The position numbers were made by a program, and so were the translations under genes. Of a stretch of DNA of 64,000 bases, positions 38,512-48,328 are shown in pieces. The DNA comes from Bdellovibrionota bacterium. GTDB taxonomy: Bacteria > Bdellovibrionota_C > UBA2361 > JBGSMV01. A model generated the notes under the pieces. That model did not search any database, was not told where the DNA came from, and saw only the letters and a program-made list of their open reading frames with translations. The stretch is taken from contig JBGSMV010000029.1 in the NCBI GenBank assembly GCA_041739995.1, forward strand, positions 32,001 through 96,000. The letters are read 5' to 3'. The stretch's first letter is position 1, and each line of letters opens with the position of its first letter.

Positions 38512-39450
38512 CTACGCCCGCACTAGGGTTATTAGAGCAATCTCGGGGGCACAGTTAACCCGAATCGGAACGACAACCGTTCCAAGGCCACGAGAGGTGA
38601 ATATGGCCCTTTCTCGCCCTAAAGAATCGCTCCCGCGCCACAGCCCCTCCCGAAAGCGCTCATCTGAAATATTGTAAAATAACCCGCCGATCCCAGGGAA
38701 CTGTATCTGTCCGCCATGGGTATGGCCCGCCAGCCCCACATCGAAGTCAAGCGGGGGCTTCTTCAAAAGTGAGGTGAAGGTGTCCGGATTGTGTGCCAGC
38801 GCGATTCTTAACTCAGTTAGAGGGTTACGACTGGGAAGATCCTGAGGGGTCCTCGGAATACCGGTCCAATAGTCCTCATAGCCAATAATTCTCAAGGTTG
38901 AGTTCGCATGCTGAATTGAGACGTGTTGGTTTTGGAGGATTTTAATCCCTCCGGAAGAAAGCACCTCGTTGCAGATTTTTGCACCGATACCACCTTCGTG
39001 ATTTCCCAGAACTCCGAAGGAACCATCCGGCGGGTGGTAGTGTGCGAACGCGTCCAGATAGATTTTAAGCCAATGTGCGAAGTTCGTTTCGACCGAGGAG
39101 AAGCAGGCTTCGCCTCTCGTTGCCGACAATACTGTTTTCGAAAAAATTGAACTGAGACGCCATAGGTAGTCGCCACCATGGAGCACAAGGTTGGGAGCAA
39201 GTTCGGCAACTCGTGCGGCAACAGAGCGAAGAAATTCAACGTTCGCGCAGGTCCCAATATGCATGTCGCTTACAAATGCGATGCGATAATTCTCAAATGC
39301 GGGAGGTAATAGCGGCAGAGGAATCGCCACTTCGTTTACGAAGAGATCGTAGGTATCAAGTTTTACTCCGGCGGCGACGGCGACAGAAGCGCCAGTCAAG
39401 CCGGCGCCAAGGCCCAGTCCGAGAAACACTCTTCGTGAAAGCGGTGACAT
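38512..39450 (-). CDS. Calcineurin-like metallophosphoesterase (YkuE-like) with Tat signal
   Basis: SRRVFL Tat motif; SD.H, GGD, GNHE, H.PD, GHTHGGQ. Confidence 0.92.
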   Translation of the reverse strand: MSPLSRRVFLGLGLGAGLTGASVAVAAGVKLDTYDLFVNEVAIPLPLLPPAFENYRIAFVSDMHIGTCANVEFLRSVAARVAELAPNLVLHGGDYLWRLSSIFSKTVLSATRGEACFSSVETNFAHWLKIYLDAFAHYHPPDGSFGVLGNHEGGIGAKICNEVLSSGGIKILQNQHVSIQHANSTLRIIGYEDYWTGIPRTPQDLPSRNPLTELRIALAHNPDTFTSLLKKPPLDFDVGLAGHTHGGQIQFPGIGGLFYNISDERFREGLWRGSDSLGRERAIFTSRGLGTVVVPIRVNCAPEIALITLVRA

Positions 39451-39453
39451 ATT

Positions 39454-40008
39454 TTATGCTACTTTCTTCCTTCCAGCGGCCGATTGTCGGGCACGATCGC
39501 TCCGCACTGCACGAGCCCATCCGCCCTGTTTTATCCATGCGTTAAGTGCAGTGATTCCCGGGTGCATGCGCTCGAGATTTCGGAATCTTGGGCCGTGCCA
39601 CGCGTGTTTGCCTTTATGTACACCAACGTTTGCGCCAAGCACTGCATGGCACATTTCATGATACAAAAGTGCTTCAAGCCACTGCGAATGTTCGGGACGA
39701 TTTAGTTCCTTTGCGACTACCACGCGTTGTTTTGGAACACAGCAGGAAGCAAGAGTGCGGCGCTGTCTTCGGGTGCTCCAGGTGACGGTATAGGCGAGGA
39801 GGTCAGTCCGTTCGGGAAAGCGTGAGGTGACAAGGGTCTCCCAGAAGGAACGTAGCGTTGGGTCTGAGACCCGTGTCGAGGTAGGAGATTTTCGTGCCTT
39901 TGTGCTGCGGTTCCGCCTGGGATTTCTCTGTGGCTCTTCAAAGAGCAAGACCTGACGTCTGAGGCGAGATAAGGCGCCGCTGAGGCGCTCCAGTGAATGT
40001 CGAAGCAT
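39454..40008 (-). CDS. SprT-like zinc metalloprotease domain protein
   Basis: LYHEMCH plus H.P.F motif. Confidence 0.75.
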   Translation of the reverse strand: MLRHSLERLSGALSRLRRQVLLFEEPQRNPRRNRSTKARKSPTSTRVSDPTLRSFWETLVTSRFPERTDLLAYTVTWSTRRQRRTLASCCVPKQRVVVAKELNRPEHSQWLEALLYHEMCHAVLGANVGVHKGKHAWHGPRFRNLERMHPGITALNAWIKQGGWARAVRSDRARQSAAGRKKVA

Positions 40009-40195
40009 GCTCCCTATTTCCCCATAGGACGCTCGGGAAGGGAACCCCTCAAGGCAGGGCTCATTTTCGTTGAACCGAGGACCCCCTGAAGCGGCATCTT
40101 AAGGTTACCAGGGGTCTTGGATGGGCTTGCCTCCCTGAGGACCGTATAGGCGAAGCATCTTACGACAACTACGTACCAAATAGTGAGAACTTGAT

Positions 40196-40624
40196 ATGGA
40201 AGAGAGCAAAGCAATTCACCGCCTTGTTGAAGTGCAAGACCTGGTTGGCATGGTTGAGGACATGTTAGCTGCTGACATGGTCGAGCGTCTTTCCCCTGCG
40301 GCGTGGTCAGGTATCCGTATCACACTTCGGAATGTCAGAGAGACCATTGGCGCAAGCCACGGTGCAATGGCGACTGGGCTAGTGCAAAGGGCCAAGACCA
40401 GCATGCCTCAGTCGAGCATGCATCAGTCAGCCACTATGAACCCATCTCAGATGCCAATGGCTCAAGAATCCAAAAGCTCTGACTCAAGTACGGCCAGCGC
40501 TCAAGCTGCTTCCCGCTCTATGAATCAAATGAGCGAAAAGGGGCACGAGGACATTCGCATCAATCCGCCACTCTCCAGACGAGACCTCAAGGCTTCGCTA
40601 GAACGCCTTGTAGATCGTCAGTAG
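40196..40624 (+). CDS. Hypothetical protein
   Basis: 142-aa ORF with helical N-terminus and Ser/Gln/Met-rich linker. Confidence 0.7.
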   Translation: MEESKAIHRLVEVQDLVGMVEDMLAADMVERLSPAAWSGIRITLRNVRETIGASHGAMATGLVQRAKTSMPQSSMHQSATMNPSQMPMAQESKSSDSSTASAQAASRSMNQMSEKGHEDIRINPPLSRRDLKASLERLVDRQ

Positions 40625-40693
40625 CGATATTGGGAAGCTTCACCGTCGTCACCGACGCGGGCTAGAGCCCAGCGCTGCAGATCTATTCAGAAA

Positions 40694-40993
40694 CTATTTA
40701 GAGAACAGGCCACCGAAGAATGTCTTCATCCAGTCTCCGTCCGTGCCGCCGCGCGCCTGGGACTGCTTGATAATCTCTTCTAATTCTCCCGAATCAAGCC
40801 AAATACCACCCGAAGTTTTGCAACGGTCCACGGTGACGCCGTCCATCACGATCTCTTCCATGGGCTCGCCCGAAATAGGACTCAGTCGAGGCTTGCGCTC
40901 CCCCGATTTAATCTTTCGAAGCGCATCCTTATTCTGCTGGTCGAAGTATTGGTCTTCCTTTGCCTGTCGGCGCTGATCCCAAGAGTCGTTCAC
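40694..40993 (-). CDS. zf-TFIIB-like zinc-ribbon protein with degenerate Cys ligands
   Basis: R.AKED.YF N-terminus and VDRC…GIWLDSGEL motif. Confidence 0.8.
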   Translation of the reverse strand: MNDSWDQRRQAKEDQYFDQQNKDALRKIKSGERKPRLSPISGEPMEEIVMDGVTVDRCKTSGGIWLDSGELEEIIKQSQARGGTDGDWMKTFFGGLFSK

Positions 40994-41170
40994 GGTATTA
41001 CCTCTCTTAATTCAAATTAGGCGTGGTCTAAATTACGCACGGTGATTTTAGCCTAGGGACATGTCTACGGACAGGGCTATCGGCGCGTCATTCGTAGGGC
41101 TTCAAAATTGACTTTTTCAACCCGGTCACCTATTTACCTCGACTCGCGCGGTTTGAAAACTGCTTGATGA

Positions 41171-41246
41171 GCGGGTGTAACTCAGTTGGTAGAGTGCTTG
41201 CTTCCCAAGCAAGATGCCGCGGGTTCGAGCCCCGTCACCCGCTCCA
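41171..41246 (+). tRNA. tRNA-Gly(CCC)
   Basis: Cloverleaf GCGGGTG…CACCCGC-T-CCA; anticodon arm cttgc-ttCCCaa-gcaag; GGTTCGAG T-arm. Confidence 0.95.
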
Positions 41247-41266
41247 GATCTTCCCGCGCACTGTGT

Positions 41267-41362
41267 TATCCCTCCGGGGGTTTCACCTTCGGCGAAAGAG
41301 CTTATCCCTCCGGGGGTTTCGCCTCTGTGTTATCCCTCCGGGGGTTTCACCTTCGGCGAAAG
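41267..41362 (+). repeat. tRNA-linked palindromic repeat cluster 1 (3 units)
   Basis: tatccctccgggggtttc at 41267, 41303 and 41331. Confidence 0.9.
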
Positions 41363-41472
41363 GTTCGGCGAAGGGGGAAAGGTGGTTTGAACCGTTAGTT
41401 TTTTGGCTGGTGCCTTTAGGTTGGTATTTATTTAGGTTAGCATTTCTTGATTGTCCCTTAGGGGCCATTCGT

Positions 41473-41549
41473 GCGGGCGTAGCTCAGCTGGCTAGAGCGC
41501 TTCCTTGCCAAGGAAGAGGTCGAGAGTTCGAATCTCTTCGCCCGCTCCA
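41473..41549 (+). tRNA. tRNA-Gly(GCC)
   Basis: GCGGGCG…CGCCCGC-T-CCA; anticodon arm cttcc-ttGCCaa-ggaag; GTTCGAAT T-loop. Confidence 0.95.
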
Positions 41550-41552
41550 TAC

Positions 41553-41663
41553 TATCCCTCCGGGGGTTTCGCCTCCGGTGAAAGACTATCCCTCCGGGGG
41601 TTTCACCTTCGGTGAAAGATTATCCCTCCGTTATCCCGCTGGGGGTTTCACCTTCGGTGAAAG
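41553..41663 (+). repeat. tRNA-linked palindromic repeat cluster 2 (3-4 units)
   Basis: tatccctccgggggtttc at 41553 and 41587; partial at 41621; variant at 41632. Confidence 0.9.
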
Positions 41664-41848
41664 GGGGTTTTAAAAGAGTATTTTTAGAGAAGCTTCTTCC
41701 AAAAGGCCTCTTCGAATAATCAGCTTGGAAGGCTTCTCTTCAGCCGGCTTCCACAAGCCGACGTTCTTCAAATCAGAGCTTTTTCTCTTACTTCAACAAG
41801 CGGCACACTTTCGTACGTGCGCGAGATTTTTCTAATTTCACGCCGTAA

Positions 41849-43285
41849 CTAGTCCACGCGCAGCGCTGGGTTATCAATCGGATAGCGCAGACATGCGCCA
41901 TTAGTAAGCGCCACCTCGATATCAATCGATCGATACTGTGAGCGATAGTTGGAGCCAACCATGGTCCGATCAATATAGTGAGGTCGCAGCCTGCCACCTG
42001 GGTCTGGGTTGGCATTGCCTTTAAAGCTAAGCGTGCGAATTTCATTTCCTGAGCGCGTCATTGATTTCACACTTGAAACTTTATTGAGATAGGTTCCAGG
42101 CAGAATCACCACGGCGCCGAACTGAGTGTCGGACGTGGGCTTCCAGATGAAACCTACCTTTGCTCCATCGGTAGCATCTTGATCGTAACAAGTGCCGCGC
42201 GGAGGCGGCAGGCTGCCATCGTCATTGGTAGAAAAAGCATTGATATTTATAAGGTCTGTGGCGATTCCCGGTGGTGCCTCGAGCGTTGCTGAGGTTTCAG
42301 AGAACGGATTAAAGGCTTGAAATCCACTTTCTGTGGCAAAAGCGAATTCCTCTCCGGGATCCGACAAAAAGTCTCCTATGACGGTGTCGGCCGCTTCGGG
42401 AATTTGCGTTCGCATGATGCGTCGACCGTTTCGACCAATCACCGTAACCGCAGTAGTGCTGGACCCCCTTCGTGTAAACACAAGCACGTCTCTCCCGGTG
42501 GAGTCGCTCAGAGGGGAAGGGCGGCCGAAATTTCGTAACGAGCGCGAGATTCGATTAATTTTCTTAACTTTCCCGCTGACAAGATCGCGAACAAGGATGC
42601 GGTACTTTCCTTCATCCGGGCGTTGCAGCACTGCCGCACCGTCCCGTCGGCCATTCACGTCCATGAAGAAGGCAATGTCGTTGAATCGACCATGTCGGAA
42701 GGTTGAGGTACTCCCGGAGGAGAAAAGTCCTACGTTGACCTGCCAACGCATACGTCTGCGTGCGCGCTTGGTTATGGCTGCATCTGTAATGCCGTCTCCA
42801 TTAAAATCTCCGCCGGATATCACTAGGTCAGAAGGTGTTCCGAATAGAACGCTCTGTTCCTGGCCGCCCGAGCGAATGCCCCAGGTCAGCTGTCCGCTCG
42901 CAGAACGCACATAACCCACCACCGGAGCGGAAGAGGCAATCCAGTTTCCGACGATTAAATGATCGCCAACCTTTCCCGAAACTCCCAGGTTCGTATTGGC
43001 GCCGTCTCCCTTGGCTCGCCAACGGAGGTCTCCATCATTCTGAATCTGAACCACTAAGCGATCGCTGAGTCCGTCCTGATCGAAGTCAAGCGGCGCCGCA
43101 AGTGACACTCCAGAAACACAGAGTATAGCTAAAAGAGGCAGCAGAGCGAGCGCTGCGAAAGCGCTGGTTCTAAAAAACCCCCAAAGTTCTCTTCGGCGGA
43201 TCGACGAGAGCCGAGCGCAGCTCTTGATAAGCGCCTTTGCAGTAGCGGACTTTCCGTCGAAATGGAGGGTTCCGATATCATCCAT
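41849..43285 (-). CDS. Secreted FG-GAP/VCBS-like repeat protein
   Basis: DFDQDGLSD, GDFNGDGITD, GDFLSDPGEE motifs; hydrophobic signal; start uncertain. Confidence 0.75.
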   Translation of the reverse strand: MDDIGTLHFDGKSATAKALIKSCARLSSIRRRELWGFFRTSAFAALALLPLLAILCVSGVSLAAPLDFDQDGLSDRLVVQIQNDGDLRWRAKGDGANTNLGVSGKVGDHLIVGNWIASSAPVVGYVRSASGQLTWGIRSGGQEQSVLFGTPSDLVISGGDFNGDGITDAAITKRARRRMRWQVNVGLFSSGSTSTFRHGRFNDIAFFMDVNGRRDGAAVLQRPDEGKYRILVRDLVSGKVKKINRISRSLRNFGRPSPLSDSTGRDVLVFTRRGSSTTAVTVIGRNGRRIMRTQIPEAADTVIGDFLSDPGEEFAFATESGFQAFNPFSETSATLEAPPGIATDLININAFSTNDDGSLPPPRGTCYDQDATDGAKVGFIWKPTSDTQFGAVVILPGTYLNKVSSVKSMTRSGNEIRTLSFKGNANPDPGGRLRPHYIDRTMVGSNYRSQYRSIDIEVALTNGACLRYPIDNPALRVD

Positions 43286-44306
43286 CCCTCAATGATACGT
43301 ATAAATCAGAAACAGGGAAACCTGGATCGAGCGTTCGCATTCCGTATGAAACGTCCGCAGGAGTCGCCTCAGCGAACTGATACTGGTAAATTCTCTCAAT
43401 CGAGCCAATTTGGTCGGTCAAATAGTTCCAAACCTGCTCGCCATAGGCCAGCTGCGAGTTCACCCCTTGAGCGCCTGATTCAGTGACCCACACCCCGACA
43501 CCTAACCCGTCAAGAAAATCTTCTATACCACCGTTTCGCACCACGTTCTCAAACTGCTTGCCGTAGTAGTGAATGGCCCAACGGTCTACGAAACTGAGAG
43601 CGCCGGCATCTCGCATCGCTCGATTGTAATCGAGCGTTTCAGAGTAGTTCTGATTGATTGCGGTTGTGGCAGCGTTCAGCACCATGGCTCCTGGACTGAT
43701 TGACTTAACGACGCTGTGTGAGAAGGCTAGCATCTCAACATATGCTATCGGATCAGTTACGAATCCCATCAGTTCATTATCTGGAAATAGCGTGGTGTTA
43801 GGCTCATTCCAGATTTGATAGCCGATGATACGAGGATTATTCTGATAGCGCCTTGCCACGACTCGAACCCAACGTTCTGCGAATGTTTTGCCGCGATTTC
43901 CATCGACAAGATTGGCGGGGTTAGACAGCCAAGATGGTACGCCCGTCAACACTATCAACGCATCCATGTCCGCTGGTATCGCGGCAACGACGCTGTCATA
44001 AAAGCCGAAGTTCGGAGTGGCGGAAGGGCTTGGTTGTACCGCGTCGCTCCACGCAAACAAAACGCGCACGAACTTAAGTCCAAGCTGATTGCGAATCTCA
44101 CGAAACTGCTGTCGGGGGGTTCCAAATCTTGCATCGGCCGCAAACGCATTGGTCCCAAGGATGTTCTTGTTAATGGGCTTGCGGTCAGGATTGATTGAGT
44201 CAACTAGGTCGCTTGCAGAGCTGTTGCAGCCCCACAACACTAAGGCTGAAAGGCTGACGCACAATATCGGGGCAATAAGACGCTGGAATCCAGAAACTAA
44301 CCGCAT
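43278..44306 (-). CDS. Clan GH-A (GH5/GH39-like) glycoside hydrolase lipoprotein
   Basis: LWGC lipobox, IWNEPN acid/base, H.Y, WVTESG nucleophile. Confidence 0.82.
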   Translation of the reverse strand: MRLVSGFQRLIAPILCVSLSALVLWGCNSSASDLVDSINPDRKPINKNILGTNAFAADARFGTPRQQFREIRNQLGLKFVRVLFAWSDAVQPSPSATPNFGFYDSVVAAIPADMDALIVLTGVPSWLSNPANLVDGNRGKTFAERWVRVVARRYQNNPRIIGYQIWNEPNTTLFPDNELMGFVTDPIAYVEMLAFSHSVVKSISPGAMVLNAATTAINQNYSETLDYNRAMRDAGALSFVDRWAIHYYGKQFENVVRNGGIEDFLDGLGVGVWVTESGAQGVNSQLAYGEQVWNYLTDQIGSIERIYQYQFAEATPADVSYGMRTLDPGFPVSDLYVSLRDG

Positions 44307-44564
44307 TTAATCCTCCTGATCTTCAAGAAGTTTTTCTTTCTGAGACTCATACTCATCATCGGACAGAGCGCCTTGGTCATGAGCACGCTTTAAATCAGAA
44401 AGTTCCTGACCCACTGTGGTCATTCGATGATGATAGACCGTCTTCGCGCCGCTTCCGCCGCTACAGGCCGTGGCAAAGCCCAAAACACCACACACCACTA
44501 AACAGGTCGCAAGGCGAACAAGAGCAATCACGTGGTTTTCGTTCGGAACATACTTCAACAACAT
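44307..44564 (-). CDS. SHOCT-domain lipoprotein
   Basis: TVGQEL.DLK.A.D.GALS..EYE.QK.KLL. Confidence 0.85.
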   Translation of the reverse strand: MLLKYVPNENHVIALVRLATCLVVCGVLGFATACSGGSGAKTVYHHRMTTVGQELSDLKRAHDQGALSDDEYESQKEKLLEDQED

Positions 44565-44708
44565 CGGGTCTCCTGCGCAGCGCGCGTCAAATCAAAAGAA
44601 TTAGCGTCGGGTGAGGATACTTCACGAGGAAACTAGTCGAAAGGTTATTTCGCTGGAGGGAGGATTCTTGGGGACACGAGATACTCGTGAGGGTAGAGAA
44701 TCTAGGGG

Positions 44709-45776
44709 TTAGGGCCTGCTCGGTACTGGATCGGTATATGGGCGCTCCTTAATAATTTGGGTACGGCCCTCGAACCGTTTCTTAATTTTGAGCTCAGAGG
44801 GCACCCTGTCGTTGTGTGCAAGGTATGTATAGATCCGCTCGGCCGCCATCCGATGCGCGATCTCATTAGGGTGGCGGTCCCCGCCCGGAATCACCTGTAG
44901 GCGATCGAGCGGAATTCCTTTGAACAACTCGAACAGATCGAGAGACGCTACGTCTCCTTTCTTCAGAAAGGCGTCGACTCGATGATGGATTGGATGAAAG
45001 GGATATGAGTCGTCGAGCGGAAGCCCAAACAGTGGGAAGACTACAGCGACCAGGGGGACATTGGCTGCCTTACATTTTCTGGCAATCTCAGTGACGGCGC
45101 CTTCGAATGCCTCGCGGGAGCGGCGCTCTTCAAAAAGTTTTAGGAAATACTTCTGATATTCATCGGCGGTCTTGTTGTTATGCAGGCGCTCAATGGCAAA
45201 GCCCAACGACTTCCAATGTTTGCCGAGACGTCCTATGAAACCGCGCGGTTCATAAGCACCGAAGCTCCCGAACTCTCTGATTCCGGTTGGGCGATAGGGT
45301 TTTAGCTCCGGATCGTTGAGTGTAATTTGAAGCACTACCAAATCGCTTTGCATTGCGATGGCGCGATCGACTTCTTCGATTTCATGATTGGTGGAATACC
45401 CAGGCACTCCAAAGTTTATAACTTCTGCGCGAGTTTCTACGGCGTTTAGATTCAACATGCGTTCAAGCACTTTGGGAAACGCATCTGTAAACTGCATGTA
45501 GGGGGCGAAAGTGTAGGAATCTCCAACCACTGCAACGCGAAATGTGTGCGGCGGCTTCTGCTCAGCGTAGGCGTAGTCCTTCAAGGTGGGACTTTCCTCT
45601 GCTTGAAAGTAGAAAGCTGGACGATCGGTCCACTGAGTCGCGGGCTGCGATTGGCTCTGGAATATTCGAAATGCGAGCTCCACCGCAGCGAGTCCAAGCA
45701 CTAATCCAAATGCGCTCACTGAAGCAGAGAGCATTATCTTTGTGAGAAGCGAGCGCTCGACCGTCATAATAACCAT
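44709..45776 (-). CDS. SGNH/GDSL hydrolase, membrane-anchored
   Basis: VGDSYT, N.GVPGY, LND, D.HPN..AH. Confidence 0.88.
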   Translation of the reverse strand: MVIMTVERSLLTKIMLSASVSAFGLVLGLAAVELAFRIFQSQSQPATQWTDRPAFYFQAEESPTLKDYAYAEQKPPHTFRVAVVGDSYTFAPYMQFTDAFPKVLERMLNLNAVETRAEVINFGVPGYSTNHEIEEVDRAIAMQSDLVVLQITLNDPELKPYRPTGIREFGSFGAYEPRGFIGRLGKHWKSLGFAIERLHNNKTADEYQKYFLKLFEERRSREAFEGAVTEIARKCKAANVPLVAVVFPLFGLPLDDSYPFHPIHHRVDAFLKKGDVASLDLFELFKGIPLDRLQVIPGGDRHPNEIAHRMAAERIYTYLAHNDRVPSELKIKKRFEGRTQIIKERPYTDPVPSRP

Positions 45777-45930
45777 TTGAAACTATTCATAAAGCCCGCT
45801 TCATTCGGCCTGAGAACCGCACAAAGCCTGTGAGCATCACAAAGGCACTTTTTCAGGTTCTTTCTTGGTTTCAGAAAGCTCTCGTGTAGCGCGGTTTTAA
45901 TTGTTTCTGCAACCACCAGAAGGAACACTT

Positions 45931-46965
45931 ATGGAGCAGATTTTTGTGACAACGCCCTCAACTCAAGGGTCAAACCCTCAAGACTCCTCTTCTCAGAGTC
46001 GTTCAGAGGCGCGCGCGCAACCAAAATCGTATGAAGTGCGCGTTAAGGACTTCCTGATGGCCTGTTCTGAAGGACGCGATGAGGCGCTCAAGAACTTTCA
46101 TGGCGCCGGTGCAGCGCAGCCGCCACTTGACCGAGCCGACCGAGAAGTGGTTCTGCATTACGCACTACGGCAGGTGCTGGTCCAGACCATAGCTGATCCA
46201 CAGCCGACTTGTCAGGCCGTCGATCTTGATCGCAAGACCCAATGGGAGAGTCTCATAGCGGTGCTTCTCGGTGATGCTAAGGGCGACGCTGAAGTCGCAG
46301 TAAGGCATCCCGCATTACAGTCCGCATGCAAAGAGTGTGTGCGTTCATTGGCGGACGTGCTGAGTCTTGAAAGCGTACTTTCTGACGTGCCATCCCCTGG
46401 AATTTCAACCGCCACAGCGAAGTTTGTGCGTACCCTGCTTAACGACCTCGAGGGGAGACACAGTGATGCAGATAATTCCATTGAGCCAGATCCAGGCAAT
46501 CACATGCTGCGTGGAATGGGCGCGATTCTTTGCGGGCGCCTTCAAGTTGGTAGTGGGGAAGGGTATCAAGCTGCCGCGCAGTTCTTGAGGCATGAACTTT
46601 CCGATGAAATTGGATTTAACGCCTTTGACCGAGAGATATCACTTTACTTTGCTACTAGAGAGTTAATCGACCGCACGTTCAGTCCCGCTCATGGCAAACC
46701 TGACTTCGAGAAGCTTTCACGCGAGTGGGGGGCGATGTTCCGGCTTGCCGCATACTGTGGGCACGCGGGCGATGAGTTTGTGAGTGATCCTCATCGCGCC
46801 ATCGCGCGGGCGTTTCAAACTACGCGTGAAGCAGGGTGTGGGTTCAAGATTCTCGCCCAAGTGGCGGAGCGCTTGAGCGACGATGCGCAAAAATTATACC
46901 TAGACCATCTTATCCTCGGCGATTTGCCCGGCTCGCTCGATGCCCAGGAGCGTATCGCCGCTTAG
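45931..46965 (+). CDS. Hypothetical protein
   Basis: Long ORF; aagga RBS before ATG 45931. Confidence 0.65.
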   Translation: MEQIFVTTPSTQGSNPQDSSSQSRSEARAQPKSYEVRVKDFLMACSEGRDEALKNFHGAGAAQPPLDRADREVVLHYALRQVLVQTIADPQPTCQAVDLDRKTQWESLIAVLLGDAKGDAEVAVRHPALQSACKECVRSLADVLSLESVLSDVPSPGISTATAKFVRTLLNDLEGRHSDADNSIEPDPGNHMLRGMGAILCGRLQVGSGEGYQAAAQFLRHELSDEIGFNAFDREISLYFATRELIDRTFSPAHGKPDFEKLSREWGAMFRLAAYCGHAGDEFVSDPHRAIARAFQTTREAGCGFKILAQVAERLSDDAQKLYLDHLILGDLPGSLDAQERIAA

Positions 46966-47070
46966 CTCGGCATATGCGCCCTTAGGTTAATCCCCCTTTG
47001 CGGCCAGCTTCGCCGCTGCCTATGGTTAGTCATTACAGTCGAGTGACCGCGATTGGCGTGACGAGGAGCC

Positions 47071-48240
47071 ATGTTCAATAAAACGTCTGAATACTTTCCC
47101 ATTAAGAAGAAAACGATCTTTCTCAACAGCTGTGGGGTTTCAGGTCTGTTTGCGCCTGCGGCCGAGCGTGTTAAGGAAATTCTTGACTGCCACTGTAGTG
47201 GCGGCATGGAGATGTGGGTCAAGTATTGGGGTGATCTCGATCGGCTTCATACATCTGGTGCGGCGTTGCTTGGGACAAGCTCCGAGAATATGTCGGCGGT
47301 GTGCAACACTGCCGAAGCACTCTCCATGATAGCGAACGGATATCCGTTTGAGAGTGGCGACGAGATTATCAGCTATGTGCATGAGTACCCATCGAATCAT
47401 TATCCCTGGGTGATTCAGCAGGGCCGCGGAGTGGTGCTTAAACTCTTACCCGATGTTGCGCTCTCTTCTGGCCTGCCCGAAGGACTTCCGCGCGCTTGGT
47501 CCATGAGTGACCTTGAGAAATTAGTGACTTCCAGGACTCGCATGCTTGCGATTTCTCATGTGCAGTTCGCGAGTGGCTTTGCTGTTGACCTAAAAATGCT
47601 CGGAGAATTTTGTGCCGAAAGGGGCATCGATTTTGTAGTCGATGCCGCTCAGAGCCTAGGCGTGCTCCCTATTGATGTTGAAAGGATGAAGATCTCAGCG
47701 CTCGCCGCATCGGGCTGGAAGTGGCTCGCTGGTCCGGTTGGAAGCAGTGTTATGTACACCTCCAAGGAGTTCAGGAAAAAACTGCGGATCACCATGGCCG
47801 GACCAGAATTGATGGAGCAGCAAGAAGACTATCTGGATCATTCCTGGCGACCACTGCCGGATGGAAGAATGTTTGAATACAGCAGTCCTCCGTTGGCTCA
47901 GATTGGGGGACTTGCCACGAGCGTCGAGACTATCGGCGTGCAGTATGGAATCGAGAAAGTTTACGAAGAAGCCAAGAAATATAGGCGAATGCTTCGAGAG
48001 GGTTTAGACACCTCTAAGCTTAAGCCCGCTCTTGTCCCTGTGTATTTTGGTGACGAGCACGACTCTGGAATCATGTCGTACATGACCGTGGATGATCCGA
48101 ATGTGCTCGTGAAACGACTGCGTGCCAGTGGGCTTACGTGTTCCACTCGTGGAGGCTATCTAAGATTTGCACCGCATTTTTTCAATACGGCAGAAGAAAT
48201 GGAGCAGGCGATTAGGATAGTCAATGAGGTAATGGGGTGA
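47071..48240 (+). CDS. Class V PLP-dependent aminotransferase (cysteine desulfurase/epimerase-like)
   Basis: NT.EA, EYPSN..PW, SHVQF..G, DAAQSLG, SGWKW..GP. Confidence 0.9.
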   Translation: MFNKTSEYFPIKKKTIFLNSCGVSGLFAPAAERVKEILDCHCSGGMEMWVKYWGDLDRLHTSGAALLGTSSENMSAVCNTAEALSMIANGYPFESGDEIISYVHEYPSNHYPWVIQQGRGVVLKLLPDVALSSGLPEGLPRAWSMSDLEKLVTSRTRMLAISHVQFASGFAVDLKMLGEFCAERGIDFVVDAAQSLGVLPIDVERMKISALAASGWKWLAGPVGSSVMYTSKEFRKKLRITMAGPELMEQQEDYLDHSWRPLPDGRMFEYSSPPLAQIGGLATSVETIGVQYGIEKVYEEAKKYRRMLREGLDTSKLKPALVPVYFGDEHDSGIMSYMTVDDPNVLVKRLRASGLTCSTRGGYLRFAPHFFNTAEEMEQAIRIVNEVMG

Positions 48241-48328
48241 AGCGGCCTTCATGTGAATTGTTTGTTCCAGTGAGCGTGTTGCTCCATGGATGCCTTCTAC
48301 CGGAAGCTCAGTAGTGTTCTCCAGTACC

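Noticed and set aside
41171..41549. tRNA-Gly genes as an integration site for an island
   Set aside because: No integrase and no duplicated tRNA 3' end (att site) were found in the window.
41267..41663. Possible CRISPR array
   Set aside because: The repeats are nearly contiguous with no unique ~30-bp spacers, and there are no cas genes.
41164..41673. 169-aa ORF and overlapping short ORFs
   Set aside because: They run across two tRNA genes and the repeats, so they are shadow ORFs.
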